Positions 49,001 through 60,099 of a stretch of 64,000 nucleotides of DNA are shown here, in pieces (position 1 is the first letter of the stretch; each line of letters opens with the position of its first letter). The stretch comes from Dipteris shenzhenensis (taxonomy: Eukaryota), in the NCBI GenBank assembly GCA_047967505.1, contig CM106538.1, one strand, 5' to 3'. The translations under genes were made by a program, and so were the position numbers. Below the pieces are notes generated by a model. The model was not told the origin of the DNA. It made no database searches and worked only from the letters and a program-made list of their open reading frames with translations.

Positions 49001-51980
49001 GCAAGACGGTCACTGGAGGGATCTGAAGAAGATTAGTTAGTGGCAGAGGACGGAGCATTCTTGGATCGAGGTTTGGGACGATGGGCCACAAGAGCCTCCG
49101 AAGGACCATCAGAGGATTTAATGAACTGTTCCTCCTGATCCATCATCATGGGGACAAGTTCCTCCCAAGTGATGGTGCTGAGGCGGCCAGAGGTAATAAG
49201 AGAAGAATAGAATGCGGCGTATCGACTGTCAGTAATAACATGAGATAAGAGAGTAATAGCCATATCTTCGGAGGAGATAGCCTTGCCTACATGGAGGATG
49301 TCCTGATGCATGCTCTGCATTTTATTGATGTGGTCCCGTATGGAAGGGGAAGTAGCCGGATCGAGGCGACGAAGCTGAACTTCCAAGGAGATACGTTTCA
49401 TGGGAGTGACGCGAAGGTAAATGCCATCAAGGAATTCCCAAATAGCACGTGCAGAAGTAAGGTGCTTGATATGATTGAGAACCCCTGGTTGACAATTGAG
49501 AAAGATGAACGAGCGCACACGAGCATTCAATTTGTCCAAGATAAGAGAAGCATGTGGATCCTCCTCAGGAGACGGACGAGGGATCCCGGGATCAACAAAC
49601 TCGGCAAGATCATAAGATTCCAATACAGATGCCATCTGAATTTTCCAAAGGGAATAGTTGGTCCCATCTAACTGCCGAGCATCTGGAAATGTAGGAAGAG
49701 TGGGGATGCGTACAGGCTTGTCAGACTCTTGAAAGAAGCTGGACATAGGGGGAACGCGAAGATCCGGAGCAGAATCCTTTGTTTCAGCAGCCATGACTGA
49801 AACCAGGGAGTGGACAGCAACCAGGGGCTGAAGAGAACGGGGCTGGTGAGCAGATCGAAATCTAGAACGGGGCTGCCGACAAGAGGAAGGCAGCAAAAAA
49901 TATATATATATATAGGGGAAGAAGAGAGCTCTGTAGTCAGCGGGAAAGAGAGTTGCCGACGAGGACAAGCTCCTTCAACTTCATCAATACAGGAGCTCCA
50001 AGATCAGAGAGTATTCTGGTGCTCTGATACCATATTAAAAGTTGCAGCGGAAGATGCAAGCAAACTGAAGCTACAGAATCACACAGAGAACACTAGAGAC
50101 AACAAGATGTGCCACAAACAGATCTGCTGAAACTCAGCCCATAAACCAGGGCAGCAACTGTAATACAAGGAGTCCTTAACAGGATGAGAAACAGGAGCTG
50201 CAGAAGGGGCTGAACTGGAGCAGAGGATAGGGGCACAAGGAGGCTGCAGCCTGAGAGCACGGAGGCTGGAGGAGCCTGAAGCGAGGAGGCAGGAGCCTGG
50301 GATCGAGGAGGCTAGAGGAGCCTGAAGCGAGGAGGTAGGAGCCTGGGAACGAGGAGGCTGGAGGAGCCTGGAGCGAAGAGGCAGGAGCCTGGGAACAAGG
50401 AGACTGGAGGAGCCTAGAGCGAGGAGGCAGGAGCCTGGGAAAGAATGAGGGATCTGCAGAGGGAGCATGGGCAGCCAACAGGGCAGCTAAGGGGCTCAGG
50501 TAGGGACGGCCAGGAGCAGGCAATGACTGGAGTGGGTGAGTGAAATGAGGAGCTGCTGGAGTGGGTGAGTGAAATGAGGAGGGGGGGTCGGTCAGCCAAC
50601 TGGGCCGACCAGCTGGTCGACCAGGGGCTGGTCGGCCAGGACCTGGTCGGCCAGGGGCTGGTCGGCCTGGTCTACACCCTCTGTCCCCCTGCTTCGGCCC
50701 TGTTGCGTGGGAGCTGGTGTGCGCCCTGTGGAGGCCTGGAGATGTCAGTCTCAACACCCACGCCTCTGAAGACATCTCTACCAACTAGATATGAGGGATC
50801 ACAGCATCTGCTGTCGTGCCGATTAGCATTGCTAAGGCTTGAGCATCCCTCTCTTCACGGAGTTCATCCGCATCTGCTTCAAATAGAACCTCACCTCTTT
50901 TGTCCACAATGTCCTCCGGCTTCTCCTCGGTCCCAATCACTATCTTCCACAACTTCCGTGCCAACAGATGGCTTCGGATCTTGACTTTCCAGATTGGATA
51001 GTTCGTCCCATCGAGCTTTCCAACTTCACCAAAATTGGGAATGAATGAAGAAGGAAGATGACTAGAGAAGGAGGAAGGACGAGCAGTGGGTGTAGAGGCT
51101 TCTGAACGCTGATCCATCTCGGTGAATAGCAAACTGAAAAACTGAAGCAAAAAAGATGTACTGACCTCCCGTGCTAGCCTAAGCTGAAAACAGAATCGCC
51201 TTTCTGCCAAGGGACTCCTTCCTTCAAAGAGTGCTTTGATGAACAAGAGTTGAGAGCCTATGGCTCTGATGCCATGTTAGAAATGAAGAGGAAATGAATC
51301 ACTCAATCCTCCACCCAAGACCTCTCTAACTCTTACACACTCAGCTTAGATAGATGACCACAGATGCAACAGAAACATACTCAGAAATAACAGCAAGTAT
51401 AGATGAAGAGAGAGAGTATATTCATCCACCGGATGGTGGGCAGAAAATGGCTCCAAGGGAGCAGTACAAAACACAGCAGGGTGCTGGAGAAAACTGATGA
51501 ACTCTCTCTCACAAACTGACCCAGATCTGAGTGCTGAACACTACCTTGGAGAGGGCTTTCTGTAATGCACTGGATAATAGGCTGAATGGAGAAGTGGGCC
51601 TTTTATAGGCTCTGCCCAGGCCCCTTCAGATGACCGACCAGCAGGGTCGGTACCCTGTCTGGTGGCCGACTATATGGGGCCCATAAACCGACCAGGGTTG
51701 GCCCTGGTCGGTGGCCCTGGTTGGCCCGACTTGGCCAGCCACAGGCCCCTATATTAGGGTGCCCTGGGCGGCCAGTCCGTGCTGCTGCTGGTGCCTCCAT
51801 GTGAGGCCTAAAGCCCCCCTTTATACCTGCTGTTGCAGGCTGCAACCCAGCCCGTGTGCTGGTTGCCTATATTCTCCCTCCGATACCGGCCTGAGTCTCT
51901 CTCCCCAGCCCTCCTACCTCCCACTGCCCCTTGTCCCCTAAAATCAGGGGCTCACAGGTGGGCACATTGAGAGTCTAACA
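43099..51980 (-). mobile_element. Ty1/copia C2 (same family as C1); 5' LTR 51275-51980, truncated 3' LTR 43099-43328
   Basis: Collinear and highly similar to C1 in LTR, gag, protease, integrase, RT and RNase H. PBS 51263-51274 (one mismatch), PPT 43329-43338. Gag is interrupted by element D. Confidence 0.95.
46983..50756 (-). mobile_element. Non-autonomous copia D (gag-protease-RNase H; lacks integrase and most of RT), LTRs 50033-50756 and 46983-47785
   Basis: Perfect TSD CCCAC (the empty site is visible in C1 at ~28288), PBS 50021-50032, PPT 47786-47794. LDGTNYSLWK, CNHCGTPGHYWRNC, WIVDSGAS, then directly LTRLDL..WSDSDWAG..DNIADIFTK. Confidence 0.95.
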
Positions 51981-53360
51981 TTGGTGAAGTCCCTCTGCAT
52001 CCTCTACGACTTAGCCACAATCCGGAGGGCCCCTTGCAGATCCTTTGTGTTGCGGGAAGCTCCACTGGCCATGTGGGATCGTCTAAAGTTCTCTGTCCTC
52101 ACAACGGAGGCACGTCCCATCTACTTGTACCTGTGAGACTTCTTGATGTCTGAACAAGAAACTACACAAAGACTCCCATCAAAGCGAAGGGAAACACACA
52201 GCTCAAGTCATCCAAGAGTGTATGCCCTGCTCGCACACTTCTAGGATGCATGGCCCAATGTGAACACACTCCCCAAAGTGGGGTTGAAGACAATCAACTT
52301 ACCAACATAGCTTATCCCAAAAACATGCCTGAGACCCCCATGCTCCATAAGGACCAGCATTAGCCCAAAAAAGGGGGCTGGACCCTGGCAAAGACCTCCA
52401 GCTCGTACAGCATTTTAACCAGTTCAGGCAGCTATTCAGACGGCTGTATGGAAGTGCAAGCAGTCAGGAAAAAGGCTGCAAACAGCCCATGCCACCTCAC
52501 ACAGCCTGAGGTGTGGTAATGCAGCAGCTCATATACCTAGATGAATCCAGGAACATGCCCAAACTCATCCTCTAAAAAGACAACACAGTGAAGTTTCAAT
52601 CTCATGATAGTCACTCATAAGGTTGAAAACCATAAACTCCATCATGCAAACTATGACATCCCCACTGACATCATCAGCGCCCAACAGTGGTAGCATAAAC
52701 GTCTGCTCTCACACATACAAATCCACACACCCACACATACTTGAGCATGCATGTATACAAAGGTCTTCATACTGAGTTTCTGTCGGCCCTCCAGAGGTGA
52801 AGGGCAGACTCATTCGTGACAAAGGCAAGCACTCAAGGAGAAGGCTAATCAAAAAGTACAACAGCTTGTGAAGACTTTACAATTTCACTTTAGTCTCTTC
52901 CAGACGAGCATCAAAGCAAAAAAATGCTTAGACCAAGCAGCTCAACCTGTTGAGACAGCAGATTGAAGTGCCATTGCAGCGAACTTGCATCAACCAAATA
53001 TATAAGAAACAATATCTTATTCAACAGCAGATAGAGTGGAGAGTTCAAACAACCCCCAGATCCTGCAGGGAGGGTAGCATTGGAAGAGAAGAAAGCAGCT
53101 GCATTTTTAGGCATGACAGCCGCCATCTCAAATCATCCATCACATTTACAGGGCTCAAAAGGAAGAGTAGAACACCACATAGCCACAAGCTTGTAGTCAA
53201 CCAGGTTAGACTGAGGAGTGCTAGAATAAATTTAAATCGCAGCATATGTGATTGCCAAATTCGCTTTCTTCTTCTTCTTCTTCTACGTATATCAATCAAC
53301 TTGATACCTGTGAACTTCACAATAATCAAATCAGAAAAGGATGAAACAGTTTCAACTCAC

Positions 53361-53429
53361 CATAACAAACTCCACAAATGCAATCCGGGTTGAATGATGG
53401 TAGTCCCCTAATAATCTCAAGCGTGCTAC
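53361..53429 (-). CDS. CID: CID-family gene exon 8 (VARLRLLGDYHHSTRIAFVEFVM)
   Basis: AG/GT bounded; contains RRM2 RNP1. Confidence 0.95.
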
Positions 53430-53542
53430 CTGTCCAAGACAGAAGTGAAGGTCTGACAAACATGCTAAGGATTAAGCCATGCCAGCAGCAGCCCAAAGAG
53501 CTTCCAGCATTCTGGAAACACAATATAAATCGAAGGGTTTAC

Positions 53543-53590
53543 CTCGCCGCATAAAGACTCGAAAAAAAGCTTTACATCGGCCTGTGATAC
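53543..53590 (-). CDS. CID: CID-family gene exon 7 (VSQADVKLFFESLCGE)
   Basis: AG/GT bounded, phase 0. Confidence 0.95.
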
Positions 53591-53805
53591 CTGCATGCAG
53601 AAAGCATTATGGGTGGTATCCTTCAATGTGACCCCACAACTGGACATGGGGTTGAGTTCAATTTCTTGAAATTGCATGAGTTGTCAGAAATTCCATTGAC
53701 AATGTTATCCTCCCATGATCCATTCCATTGACAACCTTATCCTTCCATGATCCATCTTCTGCGATGAGATGAAAGGTTTGAGATCAACAATGTAGTGAAC
53801 TTCAC

Positions 53806-53865
53806 CTTTTTGTCAATGTTTGTGCAGTAAACTGTCCGCGCACACATCTCACGCTCATCTTCAGA
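53806..53865 (-). CDS. CID: CID-family gene exon 6 (SEDEREMCARTVYCTNIDKK)
   Basis: AG/GT bounded; contains RRM2 RNP2. Confidence 0.95.
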
Positions 53866-53925
53866 CTGCCAACAGCAAATGCAAGGAGTACCGCATTTGG
53901 TTTAGAATTAGCCCTTAGAACGCCC

Positions 53926-54077
53926 GACCATTGCAACAAATCAAGGACTGAGTTCCAGTGGTATAGATACGAATTAATGACATTCTACTTCATTACCCCA
54001 GGACCATTGCAACAATCCAAGGGCTGATTTCCAGTGGTATAGATATGAATTAAAGACATTCTATTTCATTACCCGAG
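53926..54077. repeat. 76-bp tandem duplication that includes the exon 5 splice donor
   Basis: GACCATTGCAACAA...TTCATTACCC at 53926 and at 54002. Confidence 0.9.
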
Positions 54078-54185
54078 GAAGAAATGTGGGGTTTACGGGG
54101 ACAATTGCAGTCTTGGAAGGCAACACTCTAACGGGGTAATAGCCCAACATAGTTCCAGCAAGGTTCAATGCTGCCCGTGCACCCT
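54073..54185 (-). CDS. CID: CID-family gene exon 5 (EGARAALNLAGTMLGYYPVRVLPSKTAIVPVNPTFLPR)
   Basis: AG/GT bounded; the phase 1 junction with exon 4 restores the frame. Confidence 0.95.
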
Positions 54186-54300
54186 CTGTTGAGAGCCAAT
54201 AAGGGGTGACAGGAAGCTTTTGTTAGCAAAAGCCGTAGAGAAGTAGAAAGCTAAGCTGCCGGTAGACTTCGCTCTCTAAACAGCAGATTTTGGCACTCAC

Positions 54301-54373
54301 CCTCGTCGGTAAATTCCACGAAGGCAAATCTCAGCACAGAATTTGGATCACCACAAACCCGGCAATCTACCAC
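54301..54373 (-). CDS. CID: CID-family gene exon 4 (VVDCRVCGDPNSVLRFAFVEFTDE)
   Basis: AG/GT bounded; contains RRM1 RNP1. Confidence 0.95.
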
Positions 54374-54485
54374 CTGTGATGGACCACCACAAAGTCTCCG
54401 CTTATGAGTGACCGATTGTGCAACCAACATCCATTGAAAGGAAAGCAAATCCTGACTCCACTTGAAAAGCTTGACAAGATCTGAC

Positions 54486-54530
54486 CTGGCCGCACGTGAT
54501 GAAAAGGGCTGCCAGTTGCTCCTCGGTGAC
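54486..54530 (-). CDS. CID: CID-family gene exon 3 (VTEEQLAALFITCGQ)
   Basis: AG/GT bounded, phase 0. Confidence 0.95.
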
Positions 54531-54926
54531 CTGCAAATTAGCATCAACATGTCGGAATTAAAGAACAAATGCACCCTCCAATAATGTGGCATTTCTCTGA
54601 TTCTAGATTCCCAGACGAATGAAGCTTCCAATAAAAAAAACAGATAAATTCGCAACCCGTGCTCCCTTCCGATGGATTGTTTAAGAGGAGAAACAAAATT
54701 TCAGTCTGTGAACAAGCAAAATTTTGAACTTTCGGCAGAACAAGCTAAACCCACATGGTGCCCGGAAAGTTGAAAGTTATTTGGATTCAGGGCAATGTAC
54801 TAGATTTCCATTCGAACAAGTGGCAGAAATCGCGTCAATAATCAAGGTGAATTGTACATGGCGGTGCGTTTGACGTGACTCTGCTAGAAAACGTTGTGTG
54901 GAGGGGTACACCTCAGATCACTTAAC

Positions 54927-55037
54927 CTGCTGATCGATGTCTGAAACATAGACAGTCCTTCTGACACAATCTTCCCGTTGCGCTCTGCTTGTTCTACTGG
55001 TGGCTCGACGCCTTCCCGGGTTGTAGCCATTTTTCTT
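54927..55037 (-). CDS. CID: CID-family gene exon 2 (KKNGYNPGRRR..RRTVYVSDIDQQ)
   Basis: AG/GT bounded; basic NLS-like segment plus RRM1 RNP2. Confidence 0.95.
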
Positions 55038-55168
55038 CTGATAAGAGATCGTTAGAGGAAGAGGGGAAACAGAGTAACGTGTGCCATCAGACGCTGTCAA
55101 ATTCTAGATGAAATGGCCTCTGAAGGAAGGAAAAATGCTCCGATCTGCACCTGAGCTAACACAATTAC

Positions 55169-55457
55169 CTTGCGATTGGCCCCTTTGCCGGCCGCAGCTC
55201 CTTCAGAGGTGGAGCTTCCATCGATATGGGAAGGAGGCACGAACTCTTTAGCCAAAGGGTTGAGCTTTGACAGAAGATCTTCTAATTCACGCATGCTGTC
55301 ACGATTATACAGCTTCTGTCCGTCCAGGGAAGATGCAGAGCTCCCATCGCTCGCAATTTCACGATGCGCAACGCCATTGGGTCGAGCGTGCGGCAATGGG
55401 GGCTGATTTGGCTCAGATTGAGGCTCCTGTCCTGAGTCAAATCGCTGCTTCTGCTGC

Positions 55458-55490
<33 letters not shown>

Positions 55491-55672
55491 AGCAGCAGTT
55501 GCTGGTGGTGGTGGTGGAGGAGGAGGTGCTGATGGTGCTGCTGCTGATGCTGATCGAGATCTGGATCAAGTTGGGAGAATTGGGAGAAATTCCGGGGAGG
55601 GGGGGGGGAAGAGAGGCCCAATGCGGGAAGGGACAAGGCGAGGCCATCGGGAGAGCTCTCGACGACGGCCAT
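55169..55672 (-). CDS. CID: CID-family gene exon 1 (PABP-interacting protein, CID8-13 group; polyQ/H tract and PAM2 motif)
   Basis: ATG at 55672. MRELEDLLSKLNPLAKEFVPPS contains PAM2 (55235-55270). Donor AAG/GTAATT. The start codon choice is less certain. Confidence 0.9.
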
Positions 55673-56814
55673 GGGGGGGGGGGGGGGGGGGGGAGGGGAG
55701 ATGGGAGGGCAGGGGAGGGAAGAAGAGGAAGGAAGGTAGCTAGGGAGGGGGGAAGAGCTTCGCCATGGCGAGGTGATGCGAAATGCAGAAAATGAAGCTG
55801 GCGAGTGTGTTTGTATGCATATGCAAATGCAAATGCATGAAGAAGAAGAAGCAGCAGCAGCAGCAGCACAAATGCTTTCTTTCTTTTTCTCTTGTTTTGT
55901 TGTTCATCAAGGAGGCCTAAGATTTGCTCTCTTTAGAGTGAAATTTTCCTTAGACTTATAAAGCATTCAAGCACTCGTCGTCTTCTTGTCCCAACTATAA
56001 GCCTCGACTTCCCCTCCTCCCCCTCTCTCTCTCTCTCTCTCACCCCTGAGTAGGACTTGGTGACAATTTGATTTCTCTCAAAGAGAAATTTGGAGTCCTG
56101 TGGAGGCTTCTTTTTTAGCACGACCTTCCAGTACAAGTGTCGTGGCTGCGCTCAGGTGCTGGTCATGAAGGATTCACTTGTGCTCGACTAGGTTTGCTAG
56201 TTTGGAACTTGGGTTTTTGCTGGATATGGTCTTGCGCTGGCCTTTAGGTGACTTTGGTTCTTTGCATGCTTCACATCCATGCCATAGCTTGGCGTTCTTG
56301 TCTTCATCTCGTGTCAATCAGTTGTACATGGAAGAGGCAAAGGAAATTCCTTTCCTTCCCGACTGTCTTCGGGCAGGCCATATGAATGCAATTCATCTTG
56401 TTTTTTCTTTGGGTGAAAACACACCACATTGCTCCTTCTTTGAGACATTGTAGTTGTGCCACAACTACTTGCTACTCACATTATTGATCTCCTCATGCAC
56501 TCCGTGTACCACTTGCTATGAAGATTGTCTACCAAGCCTACCAACTTGTTCATTAGCAACACCTCCATGTTGAATACCAACTCTTTTCGATGGGTTCCAC
56601 ATTTGTTGTTAGGATAGTATGGTAGCTAGTTTTCCTTTTTTTTAAGGAGCCACGGTGGCTAGACTAAGCTTGTGTGCTGCAACCCTATCACCTACCACAT
56701 TCCAAAAGTAGCATCCCACTTGGCTTAAGGGCACCAAGTTTGTCCCACCACTAGATTAAAAACTTCAATTTTCTGTGTTAAAACTTGCAAGATCGTGGAT
56801 GCATTAGTAATACA

Positions 56815-56973
56815 TTCCTCTATGCCCCATGTGCAAAAACTTCATTGGTTGTGCAAATAGTTGGCATTCTTATCCTACAAGAGAGGTAGATAAGTTCCTC
56901 TATGCTCCCATGTGTAATAATTGCATCGGTTGTGCAAATAGTTGGCATACTTATCCTACAAGAGGTAGTTAAG
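56815..56973. repeat. Approximately 80-bp tandem duplication
   Basis: TTCCTCTATGC..GTTGTGCAAATAGTTGGCAT..GAGGTAG occurs twice. Confidence 0.85.
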
Positions 56974-58050
56974 CTAGTAAGGGCAATGCTCTCTTACATA
57001 GGCATTCATAGACCAAAGAAATACTCAAACCACTTCCACCATGGTATTTTATCAATGTTTAAAGTGTGGGTATTCCCACTTTGATCTTTAGGAAAAGAGC
57101 ACGTTGTACTCAACACCCTATGGTATTGTACGTAGCACAATCCATGTCCCATGGAAGTCTTTCACATGAATGTAATCATAAGTTCCACGTATACCTATAA
57201 ATAATAAATAAGAACCCTGTAGATGAGGTACTACTTGCATTAAACTCAAACCTCTTGGATCTAGTGGATGGTACTCCGCATGGGAATGTGCTCCCTTTGG
57301 CACCTCAATCAAACTTTAGTTGTTCGACTACAATGCCATTTGGGCAAATTGGCCCAAATTGAAGCTAAGGGTGTGCTCCTTTAGTACCCTAATGGAAACT
57401 CTTCACGCTAAGAGCGTCGATTCTTTTGGGGATTTGGGAGTTCAGGAATCGAATAGTGTTCAAGCATAAGGTCTAGGTGGGGCTGAGAACGCCTGTGATA
57501 ATGGCCATCGTGAAGATGTATCTGAATGACTTCAGTAAGTTAATGGAGAAGAGGGACCCCGTCATTAGCGGGGCCTTGATGGCAGTTCAGGTCAATTTTG
57601 TGCTTGCGTAGGGACTAAGCTTTTTAGTGTAGGTCAGGGTGTCATGCCCTCTGAAAGGCCACTTTTTGTACTAGGGACTCACGTTTGGGACTGAACGCCC
57701 CCCTTTTTTAATATATCCGGCATTTAAATTTTAAAAATTAAAAAAAATGATGTGCTCCCTTGGTAACGCAATGGAAATCCAATTATCAAGTTGCAAAATT
57801 TATCTTTGCTATAGAAATCTCTATGGGATATTATCATCCCTTTTATCACACTCGTCCTCACAAAACTCTTCCCACCCCCCTTGCCCAAAAAAAAAACATT
57901 TCTAGCTCCCTCTCACTTAATGGTCACACTCATCCCTGTCTTTCAATGATGATGCACCATCCTTCAGTGAAGGGTACCCATTCGGTCATTTCCCATTATA
58001 CCATCTCTCCATAACTTAATCTCATCAAACATCTACTATTCTTTTGAGAC

Positions 58051-58092
<42 letters not shown>

Positions 58093-60099
58093 AAATAGAC
58101 ATGTACACTAAATGGTGTGACTACACTGCTAGCTCTTACATTTTGTATTTAAATTATTCAAGAAAAGCAAGCAAAGTCTCTTTGACAAAACTAAGGGAAT
58201 TGGCTACATGTAGATATGTACCTAATTGAAAATGGAGCTTTATTAAGATCTTCATAATCAAAATGCTAGCTTTTTGTTTACTATTCATGCACCAACTTTC
58301 GTATCTAGCATCTCAACTTATGAAGGGAACTTGAATATCTTTAGGCGTTTGAGAGAGATGCAAGCCTTGCCATGTAAGAAGAACCAAACATTCTTAGGTC
58401 AATGGGCAAGGTACATGAATGCTTTCATTACAATGAATAGGCTTCATGTAATAAACACCAATGCTAACATTTTACAACCAATATCACAAATTGTGTTCTG
58501 CTCAATAAACAACTCAATAAGCATGCTTACGAAGTTGGCTTGAGTTTTGATTAGTCAAAGAACAGGGAAAATGTTTATGCCCTAGCATATATTTTCCGAT
58601 TGCATGCTTAACGATGCTCTACGTGTTGAAATTTTGATTTGATATTTAAAAATATGGCCAACCACGTGCTTCTCTCCCTTTCTCAACATGCTTTTGGGTC
58701 TTTAAGTTCATGAAAGATGATCAATGAAAAGAGGCTTCCATGAGCTTTTGCTTTTTTTTTTGCTTATTCAAGGATTAAGATATGTTAAAGACTTGGGAAA
58801 GTAAATCAATCATGCATGAAGGTCATTTATATGACTTTAATGGTATTGCATTGAAGCCATATGGTGTACAAAACTTGAACTTGATTCCTCTAGTTTTTAA
58901 TCATTAGACAATATCTTTTATGTATATAATGCCTAATTGTAACATACATTTATTTCATGATCACAATTCCCTATCAAGATCGCATGCATGCAAAATGAAC
59001 TATTACTTTTGTAAATACAAGGGTCCTAAGCTAGCATGCATTGTGAGAGGTGCACCATTTTACAAGGTCGAGAAGATCCCTATCATTCTCAAAACCTCGT
59101 TGATCGAAATTAAATTTGAAAAGCAAGCAATGGGGCCCCAATGATTAAGCATGTTAGCGAAAAATAAGACAAAAAGGGTTCTCAAATCACATTTGACATT
59201 GGGTTGTCTTTTAGGAAAACTCGTATATGATTGTCTTAAGAATGCATAGCAATCTATTCTCTTTGAGAAGTTTCAATTTAGGCAAATTTGCTTAAAGGGA
59301 GGTTCACTTATACTCTAGCATTATTTTAGGAGGGGTGGGTTATGTGATCTTTTATGATTGAAATTTGTGCATCACTTATATCCAACAATGACAGCCAAGT
59401 GTCCATATTATTTGCTCATGAAAGTCTATTACGTATGTTAACGCTCTCTCAACTTGCCAATGATGCATGTTTTATGGACCCATTGATCCTTTGAGCATTA
59501 CTCTTCTTATATTATTGATCCTACTAAACATGCTCCAAAGATAGGGAGCACATCCTTTAAATCTAGAATGCATTGATGATTTGCTTGAAACATTCATGAC
59601 ACTAGCCATGGTGTAACTATAGCTAGAAGGTGAGCTTATTTTCTCAATACATTTGAACAACCAATGTGCATGGCTTGATGGGTGAACTTGATTGCAAGAC
59701 ATTCCAATCCAATAGGCTTACCACTCTATTGAATTGCAAGACCTTCCAATAGGCTTACTAGTCTATTGGATTGCAATACCTTCCAATCCAATGGGTGAAC
59801 TTGATTGCAAGACTTACTAGTCTATATTGCTAAATGGAAGGGCCATTAGTCAACAAATATAGATTTCTCTAAGAAAACCACGATCTTCCCTGAGACTTGA
59901 TGCTAATGGGAATGTATGGCACCTCAACGTTGGCTCTTTGCCACATTGGGTAGTGTTATACATTGAGAGTTTCCCAGACATTATCTTGTTAAAGTGTTAT
60001 GCAAGTGGAATTCAAAACCTTGTAAGCTAATTTATTTGATGCAAGTATTAGGGCATTGATAGGACTTGTCCTCATAATAGCAGTGGTCCAAGAAAGGTC

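Larger units (their letters stand above)
40780..52855 (+). mobile_element. Decayed L1 ORF2 (40780-43098), probably continuing at 51981-52855 beyond copia C2
   Basis: APFTDEEL..KCPDEDGL..FFKCFY, DFEKA, QFADD. A-rich end TAATCAAAAA at 52855. The continuity is inferred. Confidence 0.6.

Noticed and set aside
47029-50984. Long Pro/Arg/Ser-rich ORFs in 47029-47834 and 50079-50984
   Set aside because: Artefacts of GC-rich tandem repeats inside the LTRs of element D
55267-55869. Overlapping alternative-frame and antisense ORFs over CID exon 1
   Set aside because: Shadows of a GC-rich, triplet-repeat exon and its 5' UTR
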